Origin: a virus
Lineage: Duplodnaviria; Caudoviricetes
Length of the DNA stretch: 64,000 bases
Strand: one strand, 5' to 3'
Virus record (IMG/VR): IMGVR_UViG_2724679183_000002
Coordinates: 76,933-140,932 of that record
Below, one piece after another: positions 39,565 to 49,188 of this stretch. Position 1 is the first letter of the stretch. Each line of letters begins with the position of its first letter. A program made the position numbers and the translations under genes. The notes under the pieces were generated by a model, which did not search any database, was not told where the DNA came from, and saw only the letters and a list, made by a program, of their open reading frames with translations.

Positions 39565-40023
39565 ATGAACATGAAGCTCAAAAAAGCAGATTGGACTATT
39601 GTCCAAGAAGCGGAAGAACAAGGCTTAATGGTTGGTATGACGGGACTTATTGAAAGAAAGCGAACTGATTTAAACAATGAATTGAGTGATTATTTTAGAA
39701 AGCAACTTCCCGCCTATACTGGTAGTTTTGATGAAAATGAAGGGGAAGAAATCCTGTATTCAATTAACGAATACATAACAGAAAACAATATTGATATGTA
39801 CCCTTTAGACTTTCCAATTACAGATGGAACAGACGTTCATTTGATTCCTATAACCGAAAATATTCAATTGAAAGTAATTGTGGCAGATGAATATCATGGT
39901 GGTGGTGACTATTCAAAATATGTTATGGCAGATTTCTTCTTGATCAATGACAAGGCAACTACGAAAGACGTTGCCGTACTAATTGATTTTGTTAAAAAAC
40001 ATCTTTTGCAAGGGAGTAAATAA
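39565..40023 (+). CDS. hypothetical protein
   Basis: 152 aa ORF. Confidence 0.7.
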   Translation: MNMKLKKADWTIVQEAEEQGLMVGMTGLIERKRTDLNNELSDYFRKQLPAYTGSFDENEGEEILYSINEYITENNIDMYPLDFPITDGTDVHLIPITENIQLKVIVADEYHGGGDYSKYVMADFFLINDKATTKDVAVLIDFVKKHLLQGSK

Positions 40024-40148
40024 TATATGAAAGAAAAGTTGAGTTTAGCAGTTAACTTTATCGAGAACAATAGAGATGAAATGGGAAATAAAAAATCGCT
40101 GGATATGCTTTTGAAAGCTTTGAAGAAAATCATCAACGAGGGAGAAAA

Positions 40149-40469
40149 ATGAGGTTTCACATACTTGAAGAGAAACAAATGAGGGATATCGGTTTTACTG
40201 ACCATGTGAAATCAAAATGGTACTTCGTAAAGACAATTCAGCCTAACATAACCTTTAATTTAACAATAAATAAAAACAGTCTCAAAGGTGAAATTGACGT
40301 ATTAGATGAAAGATACTTGCAACCGTATGACTATCAGTACTATATGAATGTTTATACAAGGAAAAAGCTTGAATTTCCACACGTTACACATGAAAAAGTG
40401 CAAGAGCTCATGGCTAGCTTTATTGAAAAAGGCATCATTACAGAATATACAATGGGGAGCTACATTTAA
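40149..40469 (+). CDS. hypothetical protein (QPYDYQ motif)
   Basis: 106 aa ORF with RBS. Confidence 0.7.
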   Translation: MRFHILEEKQMRDIGFTDHVKSKWYFVKTIQPNITFNLTINKNSLKGEIDVLDERYLQPYDYQYYMNVYTRKKLEFPHVTHEKVQELMASFIEKGIITEYTMGSYI

Positions 40470-40481
40470 GGAGGTGAATAA

Positions 40482-40907
40482 GTGGGAAGACACAAAGCAA
40501 AGTTTGAAGGATTGGTAATGAAAGAAAGTTATTACGCTCACCGTGCACCAGGTACAGATAGGTGGATTACTCATCCAGTGACCAAAGTTTGTCGTACTGA
40601 ATCAATCTTTGAGGGGCATATAGATATTGAGCCTATAGAAATTGGAGGTAAAGTTTATATCCCTGGACTTAATGAATATGTCATAGTGACTGACAGGCAA
40701 CGAAACATACATAACGAATGGACATATCAAACTGACAGAGTGATTAAGACAATTGTAGATGAAAAAAGCTTGAAGGAATCCGAGGAACTCAATGAGGAGC
40801 ACCATGTATCTTTAAAGCAAAATCCTCATAATAGGTCTTGGTGCAACAGACTCCGAAACATTTTCCAAGAAACGAAAAATAAAATAATAGAAAGGAGTAA
40901 GGGGTGA
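40482..40907 (+). CDS. hypothetical protein
   Basis: AAGGAGGTG RBS. Confidence 0.7.
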   Translation: MGRHKAKFEGLVMKESYYAHRAPGTDRWITHPVTKVCRTESIFEGHIDIEPIEIGGKVYIPGLNEYVIVTDRQRNIHNEWTYQTDRVIKTIVDEKSLKESEELNEEHHVSLKQNPHNRSWCNRLRNIFQETKNKIIERSKG

Positions 40908-41186
40908 TTGGCTAAACTTTTAATAGAATATGAAGGTGCCTTCGAGCTTACAGAAAATGTATGCGGAAATAAAATAATGTCTGGTACGACTTTAGTGCGA
41001 GACTTAGGGGATTTTATTACTTATGACTTAGTACTCAATGAGAAACCTAAGGTCAATATTAAAAGGGTTAATGATAAAGGGGAAATTATTCAAGAAATAA
41101 GTGGAGTGAAATTGTCAATTTCCGAAAACGAAAATAAGCAAAAAATTTTAGAAAACTTAACAACCTTGCTAAAAAAATCACTTTAA
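40908..41186 (+). CDS. hypothetical protein
   Basis: 92 aa ORF. Confidence 0.65.
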   Translation: MAKLLIEYEGAFELTENVCGNKIMSGTTLVRDLGDFITYDLVLNEKPKVNIKRVNDKGEIIQEISGVKLSISENENKQKILENLTTLLKKSL

Positions 41187-41199
41187 AAGTTTTATTTTA
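41184..41199. repeat. junction palindrome overlapping the stop codon
   Basis: TAAAA gtttta TTTTA. Confidence 0.7.
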
Positions 41200-41223
41200 T
41201 ATAAACAGAAGAGGAGTTTTAAT

Positions 41224-41550
41224 ATGACAAACGTTAACATTACCTTTTATACGGAAAAGGTAAATAAATATCTGGCAAATGAGTATGGATTAATAACAGA
41301 GGTAGACGCAGAAGCTAAAGAAGAAAATGGTGAACTTGTTCTTTTTAGAGTTTCTGAAACGGATTTAGAAAAATTAGAAGACCATCTGGAGAGCGGTAAA
41401 CGGGTCATTCTTAAACTTAAAGACGATAATGAATATGAAAAATGGTTCAAACTAGATGATATAAAATTAAAGTCCTTAGATTTAATCAACTGTAAAGCGT
41501 TCTTGAAACTAGAAGAAATCTTGGAATTACAAATTGAAATAAAAGGATGA
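41224..41550 (+). CDS. hypothetical protein, only gene between two palindromes
   Basis: GAGGAG RBS; its stop codon lies in the palindrome spacer. Confidence 0.7.
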   Translation: MTNVNITFYTEKVNKYLANEYGLITEVDAEAKEENGELVLFRVSETDLEKLEDHLESGKRVILKLKDDNEYEKWFKLDDIKLKSLDLINCKAFLKLEEILELQIEIKG

Positions 41551-41555
41551 TTTTA
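41540..41555. repeat. junction palindrome
   Basis: TAAAA ggatga TTTTA agtag. Confidence 0.75.
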
Positions 41556-41580
41556 AGTAGACAGAAAGGAAGAGATTGCC

Positions 41581-41772
41581 TTGGCATATGAAGAAAACAG
41601 TGGCAAACTGATTAATCCTACAATTAACGATGTCATTAAGGTATTACAAGAGTAGCTTGAATTTAACGGGGATACTCCTTTTAGATGCATAATTGAAGGA
41701 GAAGACACTGAAAATGAAATTCAGGTGGACTTTTATAAAAATGCTTTATTGTTTCACTTAGAGGAAGCTTAA
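41581..41772 (+). pseudogene. small ORF with in-frame TAG at 41653
   Basis: 63 codons with one internal stop, fills the gap. Confidence 0.5.
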
Positions 41773-41787
41773 ATAAGGAGGAAAGGG

Positions 41788-42166
41788 ATGTACTTTATAA
41801 CAGAACCGAATAACCTTATTGGTAAAGAAATTGGGTTCATTCATGCAAACCAATTCTGTGATCATACTACAATTGTAACCAAAGACGGTGGAGTGTTGAT
41901 TGTAAAACAGGTTTTCGACTTAGACGAAGGGCAAACAAACACCATTGTATTTAATGAATATCGGGCAAAAAAAGAGCTGTATGAGAACAAATACGCTAAA
42001 CACGAACTTAATAAACTTAAAATCATTACGAAAAAAAGACTGGGCTGATTATGAACTGCAGCTTAAAAAAGCTGAAGAAGCTCGTCAAATTGAATACCAG
42101 AAGAAAAAAGAAGAGCGGGAAAGATTAGAATATGAACGACTAAAACTGAAATTTGAGGGGCAATAA
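41788..42166 (+). pseudogene. frameshifted gene (A7 run at 42031-42037)
   Basis: removing one A joins ...KIITKK to DWADYELQ... Confidence 0.65.
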
Positions 42167-42172
42167 ATTCAA

Positions 42173-42385
42173 ATGGATACATACGAAGTAGTTGGTTGCT
42201 GGTTTAGACATTATAAAGGCGGTCTGTATAAGGTTATTGGAGAGGTCATTCACACTGAAACAGAAGAAAAGCTGGTTACATATGAAGACCAAGACGGTGT
42301 TCTTTGGGCAAGACCTAAAGAAATGTTCTTTGGAAATGTGGCTATTGATGGTAAAGAGATTAAGAGATTCACAAAAATAAAATAA
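42173..42385 (+). CDS. DUF1653 family protein
   Basis: RHYKGGLY.V....HTETEE.LV.Y.....WARP..MF. Confidence 0.85.
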   Translation: MDTYEVVGCWFRHYKGGLYKVIGEVIHTETEEKLVTYEDQDGVLWARPKEMFFGNVAIDGKEIKRFTKIK

Positions 42386-42399
42386 AAGGGTGATGAAAC

Positions 42400-42759
42400 C
42401 TGGAGTATATTAAGCATGGTAAATACGTAAAGGGATACATCGACTATAATTTGCACTTTGATTCAAACGATGAAGAAAGTAGTTATATTGAACAAAGAAT
42501 ATTCAATAATTCAAATGAGCTGTTTGAACATATGCAACCGAGTTTCTTAGAAGAGCTTAAAGATGCGCATGGTGCTAATGATATTGAGGTCTTTGGTGTT
42601 ACGTTTATAGCCGAAGAAAAGGGGATTGAATCAGTAATTACTATGTATGATACAAGCTCACAATTTAGAGTCTCAACCGAGTTAGATGTTAGTGATTTAG
42701 ACAGTGAATATAAGCAAACATTACAAAACATTAAAAGCATTGTAGATAAAAAACTGTAA
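42400..42759 (+). CDS. hypothetical protein, probable CTG start
   Basis: AAGGGTGA RBS before an in-frame CTG. Confidence 0.55.
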   Translation: MEYIKHGKYVKGYIDYNLHFDSNDEESSYIEQRIFNNSNELFEHMQPSFLEELKDAHGANDIEVFGVTFIAEEKGIESVITMYDTSSQFRVSTELDVSDLDSEYKQTLQNIKSIVDKKL

Positions 42760-42774
42760 GAGTAAAGGGAAAGG

Positions 42775-43140
42775 ATGATGAAAATGGACATTAGAGAGTT
42801 TATTGCTGAGCAGAGAAAAGACGAAAAATTCTTGGGTTTGAGATCAAAATTAAGGGAACTAATTGAACACAGAAGACTAGGACTTGTTGAAATGCTTGGT
42901 CATAAAATCGATAGCCTGAATCAAGAGCAACTTATGGAATTCAAACATAAATTCAGTGAATTAACTGCATTTAAAGAAAAGGTGAGCAATGATCCTTTCA
43001 GCATTAGCCTGGATGAACTTGGCGAACTCCTATGTTTCCAAAAAAATAAGGAAGGTAGATACAAAACTCTGGAAGATGTTCTGAGTAAAACGATTGATCC
43101 ATACATTGATAAACCAAAACAGACCACATTTATTTATTAA
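42775..43140 (+). CDS. hypothetical protein
   Basis: 121 aa ORF. Confidence 0.65.
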   Translation: MMKMDIREFIAEQRKDEKFLGLRSKLRELIEHRRLGLVEMLGHKIDSLNQEQLMEFKHKFSELTAFKEKVSNDPFSISLDELGELLCFQKNKEGRYKTLEDVLSKTIDPYIDKPKQTTFIY

Positions 43141-43150
43141 TATTTCTAGA

Positions 43151-43166
43151 TAAAATCACAGTTTCA
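43151..43166. repeat. junction palindrome
   Basis: tctaga TAAAA tcacag TTTCA tagaa. Confidence 0.75.
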
Positions 43167-43184
43167 TAGAAAGGGGAAGTTCAA

Positions 43185-43334
43185 TTGAGCGCAGCAAGAA
43201 AGTGGAGAGATCTAAGAAGCAAATTAATTGGATATAAGGCCTTCGGTAAGTTCAGTGATGTTGTTATTGACCATATTCTCAATGATATGGATGAGTTAGA
43301 CGTAAGACATGAAAAAGATAAAAACAAAAAATAA
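43185..43334 (+). CDS. 49 aa protein MSAARKWRDLRSK...
   Basis: AAGGGG RBS, TTG start. Confidence 0.55.
   Translation: MSAARKWRDLRSKLIGYKAFGKFSDVVIDHILNDMDELDVRHEKDKNKK
43223..43259. promoter_or_regulatory. putative AimR operator upstream of yosL
   Basis: ATTAAT-N25-AGTGAT; spacer resembles the SPbeta operator as recalled. Confidence 0.5.
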
Positions 43335-43352
43335 AGAAAAGGGAGTTGTGGA

Positions 43353-43703
43353 ATGGGAGCTGCTAAACAGTTATACGTTAAGCGCAGTCACTTTGTAACC
43401 TTGGATGAAGCAAAAGAAAATACGCAAGTACATATGAAGAATGGCGGTTCTTACACTGCTTTAAAAGGAGAACTGATTGCAACCAACCTAGAAGGGGATC
43501 AAATGGTTATCACACAAGAGCAGAAGGATAATTATATCCCAGTACCAATGACCGAGCTATCAGATTATAAAGCTCAAATGGCTAAAGGCTATGCTGAGAT
43601 GGCTGAGATTAATTTAGAAATGTCTGAAGCATTCCGCCATGCTGAAAATGAAGCAGAAACAACTACGAACAGCTTAGTTAACGGAGCATATAAAGAATTT
43701 TGA
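43353..43703 (+). CDS. yosL: YosL, MazE-mimic (MazF inhibitor)
   Basis: C-terminus MAKGYAEMAEINLEMSEAFRHAENEAETT resembles B. subtilis MazE MRRGYMEMAKINLNISSEAHFAECEAETT. Confidence 0.85.
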   Translation: MGAAKQLYVKRSHFVTLDEAKENTQVHMKNGGSYTALKGELIATNLEGDQMVITQEQKDNYIPVPMTELSDYKAQMAKGYAEMAEINLEMSEAFRHAENEAETTTNSLVNGAYKEF

Positions 43704-44065
43704 TTATTACATATGAAAGCAAGACAGGTAACGTGAAAAGATTTGCTCAAGCAGTACAAAGGAAGTTAAACTTCGACACCATTGAAATTACAGATGGCTT
43801 AATTGTCGAGGAAGAATTCATACATATTACATATACGATAGGCTTTGGGGAAGTGCCTGAAAAGACTTTGAATTTCATTAATAAGAATAAAAATAAAATA
43901 AAGGGAGTTGCTGTGAGTGGAAACAAAGTTTGGGGTGATAACTATGGTTTAGCTGGAGACAAGCTTTCAACAATGTTCCAAGTACCATTGTTATTAAAGT
44001 TTGAACTAAGTGGAACAAAACAAGACGTGCAGAAGATTACTCAGGAGGTACAACTTATTGACTAA
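43700..44065 (+). CDS. nrdI: NrdI flavodoxin
   Basis: SKTGNVKRF, SGNKVWG, KFELSG. Confidence 0.95.
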   Translation: MIITYESKTGNVKRFAQAVQRKLNFDTIEITDGLIVEEEFIHITYTIGFGEVPEKTLNFINKNKNKIKGVAVSGNKVWGDNYGLAGDKLSTMFQVPLLLKFELSGTKQDVQKITQEVQLID

Positions 44066-44777
44066 CAGTATTCCAAAGTGGATCAGGCTTAATAATGAGA
44101 TCGTTATTCAGAAAGATGGGAAGTTTCAATTCGAGAAGGATAGGGAGGCAGTACACAGTTACTTTGTTGATTACATTAATCAAAACACCGTCTTTTTCCA
44201 TGACTTAAAAGAGAAGCTGGACTATTTAATTAAAAATGATTATTACGAAGAAGAATTTTTAAACGAATATACATTTGAGCAGATTAAATCAATTTATAAA
44301 ATTGCTTACAGTTACAAATTTAGATTCCCTTCCTTCATGAGTGCCTTTAAGTTCTACAATGATTATGCATTGAAGACAAACGACAAAACAAAGATTCTGG
44401 AAAGGTATGAGGATCGTGTCTCAATTGTAGCCTTATATTGTGCAGATGGTGATTTTGAGAAAGCAGTTCAGAATGTACACACGATGATGAAACAAGAGTA
44501 CCAACCAGCTACACCTACTTTCCTTAATGCAGGCCGTAAGCGACGAGGAGAAATGGTTAGCTGCTTCCTACTCGAAGTAGGAGACAGTTTGAATGATATT
44601 TCACGCGCAATTGACATTTCAATGCAGCTGTCTAAATTAGGCGGTGGTGTTGCATTAAATCTAAACAAGTTAAGAGCCAAAGGCGAAGCGATTAAAGACG
44701 TAGAGAATGCAACTAAAGGTGTCGTAGGCGTTATGAAGCTATTGGATAATGCTTTTAGATATGCAGACCAAATGGGT
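44058..44777 (+). CDS. nrdE: class Ib ribonucleotide reductase alpha subunit, exon 1
   Basis: PATPTFLNAG, SCFL; AGGAGG RBS with TTG start; ends YADQMG. Confidence 0.95.
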
Positions 44778-45024
44778 TGATTTGGCCCCTTTCGTCAGTA
44801 ATGGCGATCGAAAACCTCTTTAATTCATGGGAACTCCTACAGGGACAATCATGAGCGAAGCCCATTTGGGAACGTGCAACGACTAGCCGAAAGGCGTACA
44901 CTGCAAGCGATCGGTAGTGGAAACGGGAGGCATCCTACAGGGATGAAGATATAGTCTAACCTTCATGGCAACATGAAGCAGTCATAAGGCGGGGCGTGCT
45001 TAGCGAACATGTCTGAATGGTCTG
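44778..45024 (+). ncRNA. group I intron in nrdE (247 nt, no ORF)
   Basis: exon ends in U, intron ends in G, P7 GACTA/TAGTC; splicing restores DQMG|QRQGSGA. Confidence 0.93.
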
Positions 45025-46404
45025 CAAAGACAGGGATCAGGAGCTGCTTATCTCAGTGTTTTTCACCCAGACATTGTCGACTTCTTAGATGTCAAAAAAA
45101 TAAGTGCTGATGAAGATGTCCGGGTTAAAACATTGTCTATTGGTGTAGTTGTTCCTGATAAATTTATTGAATTGGCAAGAGAAGATAAGGACTTCTACAT
45201 GTTCTATCCTCATTCTGTTTACAAAGAATACGGACAGTATCTTGATGAGATGAACATTAATGAAATGTATGACGAGCTTGTTGAAAACCCTAGAGTTAGA
45301 AAAGCGAAAGGAAATGCTCGAAAGCTGTTTCAGCAATTAGCAATTCTAAGAAGCGAATCAGGCTATCCGTATATTATGTTTGCTGACAATGTAAATAAAG
45401 TACATCCAAATGAACATATTTCAAAAGTGAAATTTTCTAACCTCTGTAGCGAGGTACTCCAATCTTCACAAGTATCAGTTTATACGGATTACAATCAGGA
45501 AGATGAAATCGGATTAGATATCTCATGTAATCTTGGATCGATGAACATTGCAAATGTAATGAGTAATCAATCAATTGCTTCCACAGTAAAGACAGCTATT
45601 GATTCCCTAACAACTGTGACAAGAAAAACAAACATTGTAAATGCACCAGCTGTTGCGAGAGCAAATATGTTAATGAGATCAATTGGGCTAGGACAGATGA
45701 ACCTTCATGGTTTTTTGGCTCAAAATAAAATTTCTTATGAAAGTGAAGAAGCTAAGGATTTTGTAAATACATACTTTATGATGGTTAACTTCTACTCCCT
45801 CCAACGTTCAATGGAAATTGCGAGAGAAACAGGGGAGACATACTACAAGTTTGATGGATCAACTTACAAATCAGGCGAGTATTTCGATAAGTACGTGACA
45901 AATGATTATAGCCCTCAGTATGAAAAGGTTAAAAAGCTGTTTGGAGATCAACATATTCCTAACATTGAAGATTGGAAGAAGCTTAAAGAAGATGTGATGA
46001 AATATGGCTTGTATCATTCTTATAGACAGGCTGTAGCTCCAACTGGAAGCATCTCATATGTTCAATCATCCACTGCAGGTGTAATGCCGATTATGGAGAG
46101 AATTGAGGAACGTACATACGGAAACAGCAAAACATATTATCCAATGCCAGGCTTATCAGCTCAGAATTGGTTCTTTTATAAGGAAGCGTACGACATGGAC
46201 ATGTTTAAAGTTGTTGATCTTATTGCAACAATTCAGCAGCACGTCGACCAAGGGATTTCATTCACGCTCTTCTTGAAGGACACGATGACAACGAGAGACC
46301 TAAACAGAATTGACTTATATGCGCATCACAGAGGCATAAAAACACTGTACTATGCCCGGACGAAGGATACAGGTCAGGAAGGTTGCTTGTCCTGCGTTGT
46401 TTAA
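45025..46404 (+). CDS. nrdE: NrdE exon 2 (spliced product 699 aa, no intein)
   Basis: SNLCSE contiguous, SCNLGS, APTGS, C-terminal CLSC. Confidence 0.95.
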   Translation, partial: QRQGSGAAYLSVFHPDIVDFLDVKKISADEDVRVKTLSIGVVVPDKFIELAREDKDFYMFYPHSVYKEYGQYLDEMNINEMYDELVENPRVRKAKGNARKLFQQLAILRSESGYPYIMFADNVNKVHPNEHISKVKFSNLCSEVLQSSQVSVYTDYNQEDEIGLDISCNLGSMNIANVMSNQSIASTVKTAIDSLTTVTRKTNIVNAPAVARANMLMRSIGLGQMNLHGFLAQNKISYESEEAKDFVNTYFMMVNFYSLQRSMEIARETGETYYKFDGSTYKSGEYFDKYVTNDYSPQYEKVKKLFGDQHIPNIEDWKKLKEDVMKYGLYHSYRQAVAPTGSISYVQSSTAGVMPIMERIEERTYGNSKTYYPMPGLSAQNWFFYKEAYDMDMFKVVDLIATIQQHVDQGISFTLFLKDTMTTRDLNRIDLYAHHRGIKTLYYARTKDTGQEGCLSCVV

Positions 46405-46423
46405 ACGAAGAGGAGGCGGAGAA

Positions 46424-46726
46424 ATGAAGTTTTATTATGAATTCAGAGAAAACGAATATTACGCGTTGGTTGTTGTAAGTGTTGAGGATAACGATCTTTA
46501 TACAAAATCGCACGTAAAAGCGGCAGAACTTTATTTAGAGTGCGTTGGAGGCGAGAGTGTAGCCGGAATTTTAGAAGAGGCTCATCCAATCTTGATAACC
46601 GAAGAGCTTGCATTTTTACGCGTTGCTCAGGATAAAAGCGCTCATGATATCTGCGTAGGGGACTTACTGAAGCAGTTTCAAGCATCAACAGACGTAGTTC
46701 TGCTAATTGATGGTTCGCTACTTTAA
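46424..46726 (+). CDS. 100 aa hypothetical protein between nrdE and nrdF
   Basis: GAGGAGG RBS before ATG 46424. Confidence 0.7.
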   Translation: MKFYYEFRENEYYALVVVSVEDNDLYTKSHVKAAELYLECVGGESVAGILEEAHPILITEELAFLRVAQDKSAHDICVGDLLKQFQASTDVVLLIDGSLL

Positions 46727-46744
46727 ATAAGGGAGGACAAATAA

Positions 46745-47343
46745 TTGACAAAAATTTATGACGCAGCAAACTGGTCAAAGCATGAAGATGATTTCACCCA
46801 AATGTTTTACAACCAAAATGTGAAGCAGTTCTGGCTTCCGGAAGAGATCGCATTAAACGGCGATCTCCTCACTTGGAAATACTTAGGAAAAAATGAGCAG
46901 GACACGTACATGAAGGTGCTTGCCGGCCTGACGCTGCTTGATACAGAGCAGGGAAACACGGGCATGCCGATTGTGGCCGAACATGTAGAAGGCCACCAGC
47001 GCAAAGCTGTGCTTAATTTTATGGCGATGATGGAAAACGCGGTGCATGCAAAGTCATACTCGAATATCTTTCTAACATTAGCCCCGACTGAAACAATCAA
47101 TGAAGTCTTCGAATGGGTTAAAAACAATAAGTTTCTGCAAAAGAAAGCAAGAACAATTGTTTCAATCTATAGATCAATTGAGAAAAACGATGACATTTCA
47201 TTATTTAAAGCAATGGTTGCATCTGTGTTTCTGGAGAGCTTCTTGTTTTACTCAGGGTTTTACTATCCACTCTACTTTTATGGACAAGGAAAGCTCATGC
47301 AAAGTGGTGAAATCATCAACTTGATTATACGTGATGAAGCCAT
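46745..47343 (+). CDS. nrdF: class Ib ribonucleotide reductase beta subunit, exon 1
   Basis: FWLPEE, LDTEQ, VHAKSY, FYSGF, IIRDEA. Confidence 0.95.
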
Positions 47344-48327
47344 TAAGTGCTAGTGGCATTTAGCAGTAATGTTAAATGAAAACCTATCTAAAAAGGGGAA
47401 GTCTTATTTGATAAGATAATCCTTTGCTAAATTCTAATCATCATTTAATTATATTTTTAGGAGTGTTGCCTTGTATTATGTCTATATGATAATGAATAAG
47501 CAAAATAAGAAGATTTATATCGGTTTAACAAAAAACGTTAACAACGCTGACGATAGATTTAAACAGCATATGCGCTATTTAAAGGGGAACTACCATCATA
47601 ATCATAAAATGCAAAGAGACTTTAATTTGCATAAATGCTCGGATATTTACACACATCGCTTATTATGCAAATGTTCTAGCATCAAACTTGCTGAAAATAT
47701 GGAGAGGTTTTTCATTTCATTTTATAACAGTAAATATTGTGGATTTAATCTAAATGATGGAGGACTCTCTAATAGAGGTTACAAGCAATCTGATTATGCA
47801 AAAAAGGTTGCAAGTGAAGTTCACTCTAAGCTAATTGGTGAAAAGAATCCTTTCTTTGGAAGACGTCATTCTGAGAAAACGAAAATGATCATTTCTAAAA
47901 AGAATAAAGGAAGAAACAAAGGTATCCCTAAGAGCGATAGTCATATAAAGAAAATGATTGAAAATCATGCTAGAGCAAAAAAAGTCTTTGTTAGCGGTCA
48001 AATTTACAGCAGTTGTTCGCAAGCTCAATTACATACAGGTATAGATAGAAAGAAAATATCAAAGCTTGCAACAGATGATTCAGTAACAAACATATACTTT
48101 GTAAAATAAAAATGAATGATGATTAGATAAATGCTCAACGACTATTCCATTGGCGGTGGAATTCCGCAACAGAAGTAGGGCGCAAGTGATTGGCGTGGGT
48201 GAAAACCCCTTAAATCGAAACGGTAGGAATCCTAAATTAGGATTGTGATATAGTCTGCTCTGCATGGTGACATGTAGCTGTGGTTAGTCCACGCTTTAAG
48301 TATAGCGAACTTAAAGGAACATCAAGG
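47344..48327 (+). ncRNA. group I intron in nrdF (984 nt)
   Basis: P1 gccaU/Guggc, terminal G; splicing gives AT|A and DEAIHGVY, 329 aa product. Confidence 0.9.
47471..48109 (+). CDS. intron-encoded GIY-YIG homing endonuclease with NUMOD3-type repeats
   Basis: YVY...IYIGLT, RF..H, E..FI, GFN; GEKNPFFGRRHSEKTK. Confidence 0.88.
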   Translation: MYYVYMIMNKQNKKIYIGLTKNVNNADDRFKQHMRYLKGNYHHNHKMQRDFNLHKCSDIYTHRLLCKCSSIKLAENMERFFISFYNSKYCGFNLNDGGLSNRGYKQSDYAKKVASEVHSKLIGEKNPFFGRRHSEKTKMIISKKNKGRNKGIPKSDSHIKKMIENHARAKKVFVSGQIYSSCSQAQLHTGIDRKKISKLATDDSVTNIYFVK

Positions 48328-48718
48328 ACACGGCGTTTACATCGGTTTATTAGCTCAGGAGGTTTATAAAAATCAAACACCAGAGAAGCAAAAAGAACTG
48401 TATGTATGGGCTTTAAGCTTGCTGCAGGAGCTTTATGAAAATGAATTAGAGTATACAGAAGATGTTTATGATCAGGTCGGCTTAGCTACAGATGTAAAGA
48501 AATTCATCAGATACAACGCAAATAAAGCTTTAAATAACCTGGGATTTGATCATCTGTTTGGGGAAGAGGATGTTAATCCGATTGTTATTAATGGGCTGAG
48601 TACTAAGACCAAGTCCTTTGATTTCTTTTCATTAAAGGGGAATGGATACAAAAAAGCAACTGTTGAGCCATTAAAGGATTCTGATTTCATTTTCGATAAC
48701 AAAGGAGCTATTTCATGA
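48328..48718 (+). CDS. nrdF: NrdF exon 2
   Basis: [21 protein letters not shown]. Confidence 0.93.
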
Positions 48719-48957
48719 AACTAATTAAATTAGAGCAACCGAATTGTAACCCCTGCAAAATGGTATCCAATTACTTAAATCAGGCAGGAGTTGAATATGA
48801 GACAGTTGATGTTACACAGAATCCTGATGTAGGGGCGCAATTTGAGGTGATGGGAGTGCCAGTAACTATCTTACTTAATGAGCAAGGGGAGGAAATAAAA
48901 CGAAGTATTGGTTTTAAACCTGAAGAACTTGATGAGTTGTTAAAGGAATTACAATAA
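48715..48957 (+). CDS. yosR: thioredoxin/NrdH-like redoxin
   Basis: CNPC motif, GVP. Confidence 0.9.
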   Translation: MKLIKLEQPNCNPCKMVSNYLNQAGVEYETVDVTQNPDVGAQFEVMGVPVTILLNEQGEEIKRSIGFKPEELDELLKELQ

Positions 48958-48971
48958 AAGGAGGGCTAAGC

Positions 48972-49148
48972 ATATTCGGTTGGAGTTTTAACGGGCTTTT
49001 ATGGCGGAAGTACATTTTGTTGTTAATTTTTTTAGTTACTATAATACCCTTATTGGTATTTGATTGGATAACCTTTTTTAAGATAAAGCATATAGACAGG
49101 ATTATTCAACGGTATTCAGATTGGGCAGTATATTTAATTTTTGGATAG
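48972..49148 (+). CDS. 58 aa membrane protein with ATA start
   Basis: AAGGAGG RBS, fills the gap, hydrophobic. Confidence 0.5.
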   Translation: MFGWSFNGLLWRKYILLLIFLVTIIPLLVFDWITFFKIKHIDRIIQRYSDWAVYLIFG

Positions 49149-49188
49149 AAGATGTTTTACATATTAAAAACAAAAGGAGCTAATACAT

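Noticed and set aside
702-41772. Genome-wide TAG recoding
   Set aside because: Many intact genes here end in TAG (for example 4523, 26911, 27563, 52783)
45420-45460. Intein in nrdE as in SPbeta
   Set aside because: KFSNLCSEV is contiguous and the spliced length is a normal 699 aa
31881-48718. polA, nrdE and nrdF as broken pseudogenes
   Set aside because: Each interruption has group I intron hallmarks, and its removal restores the frame and catalytic motifs exactly
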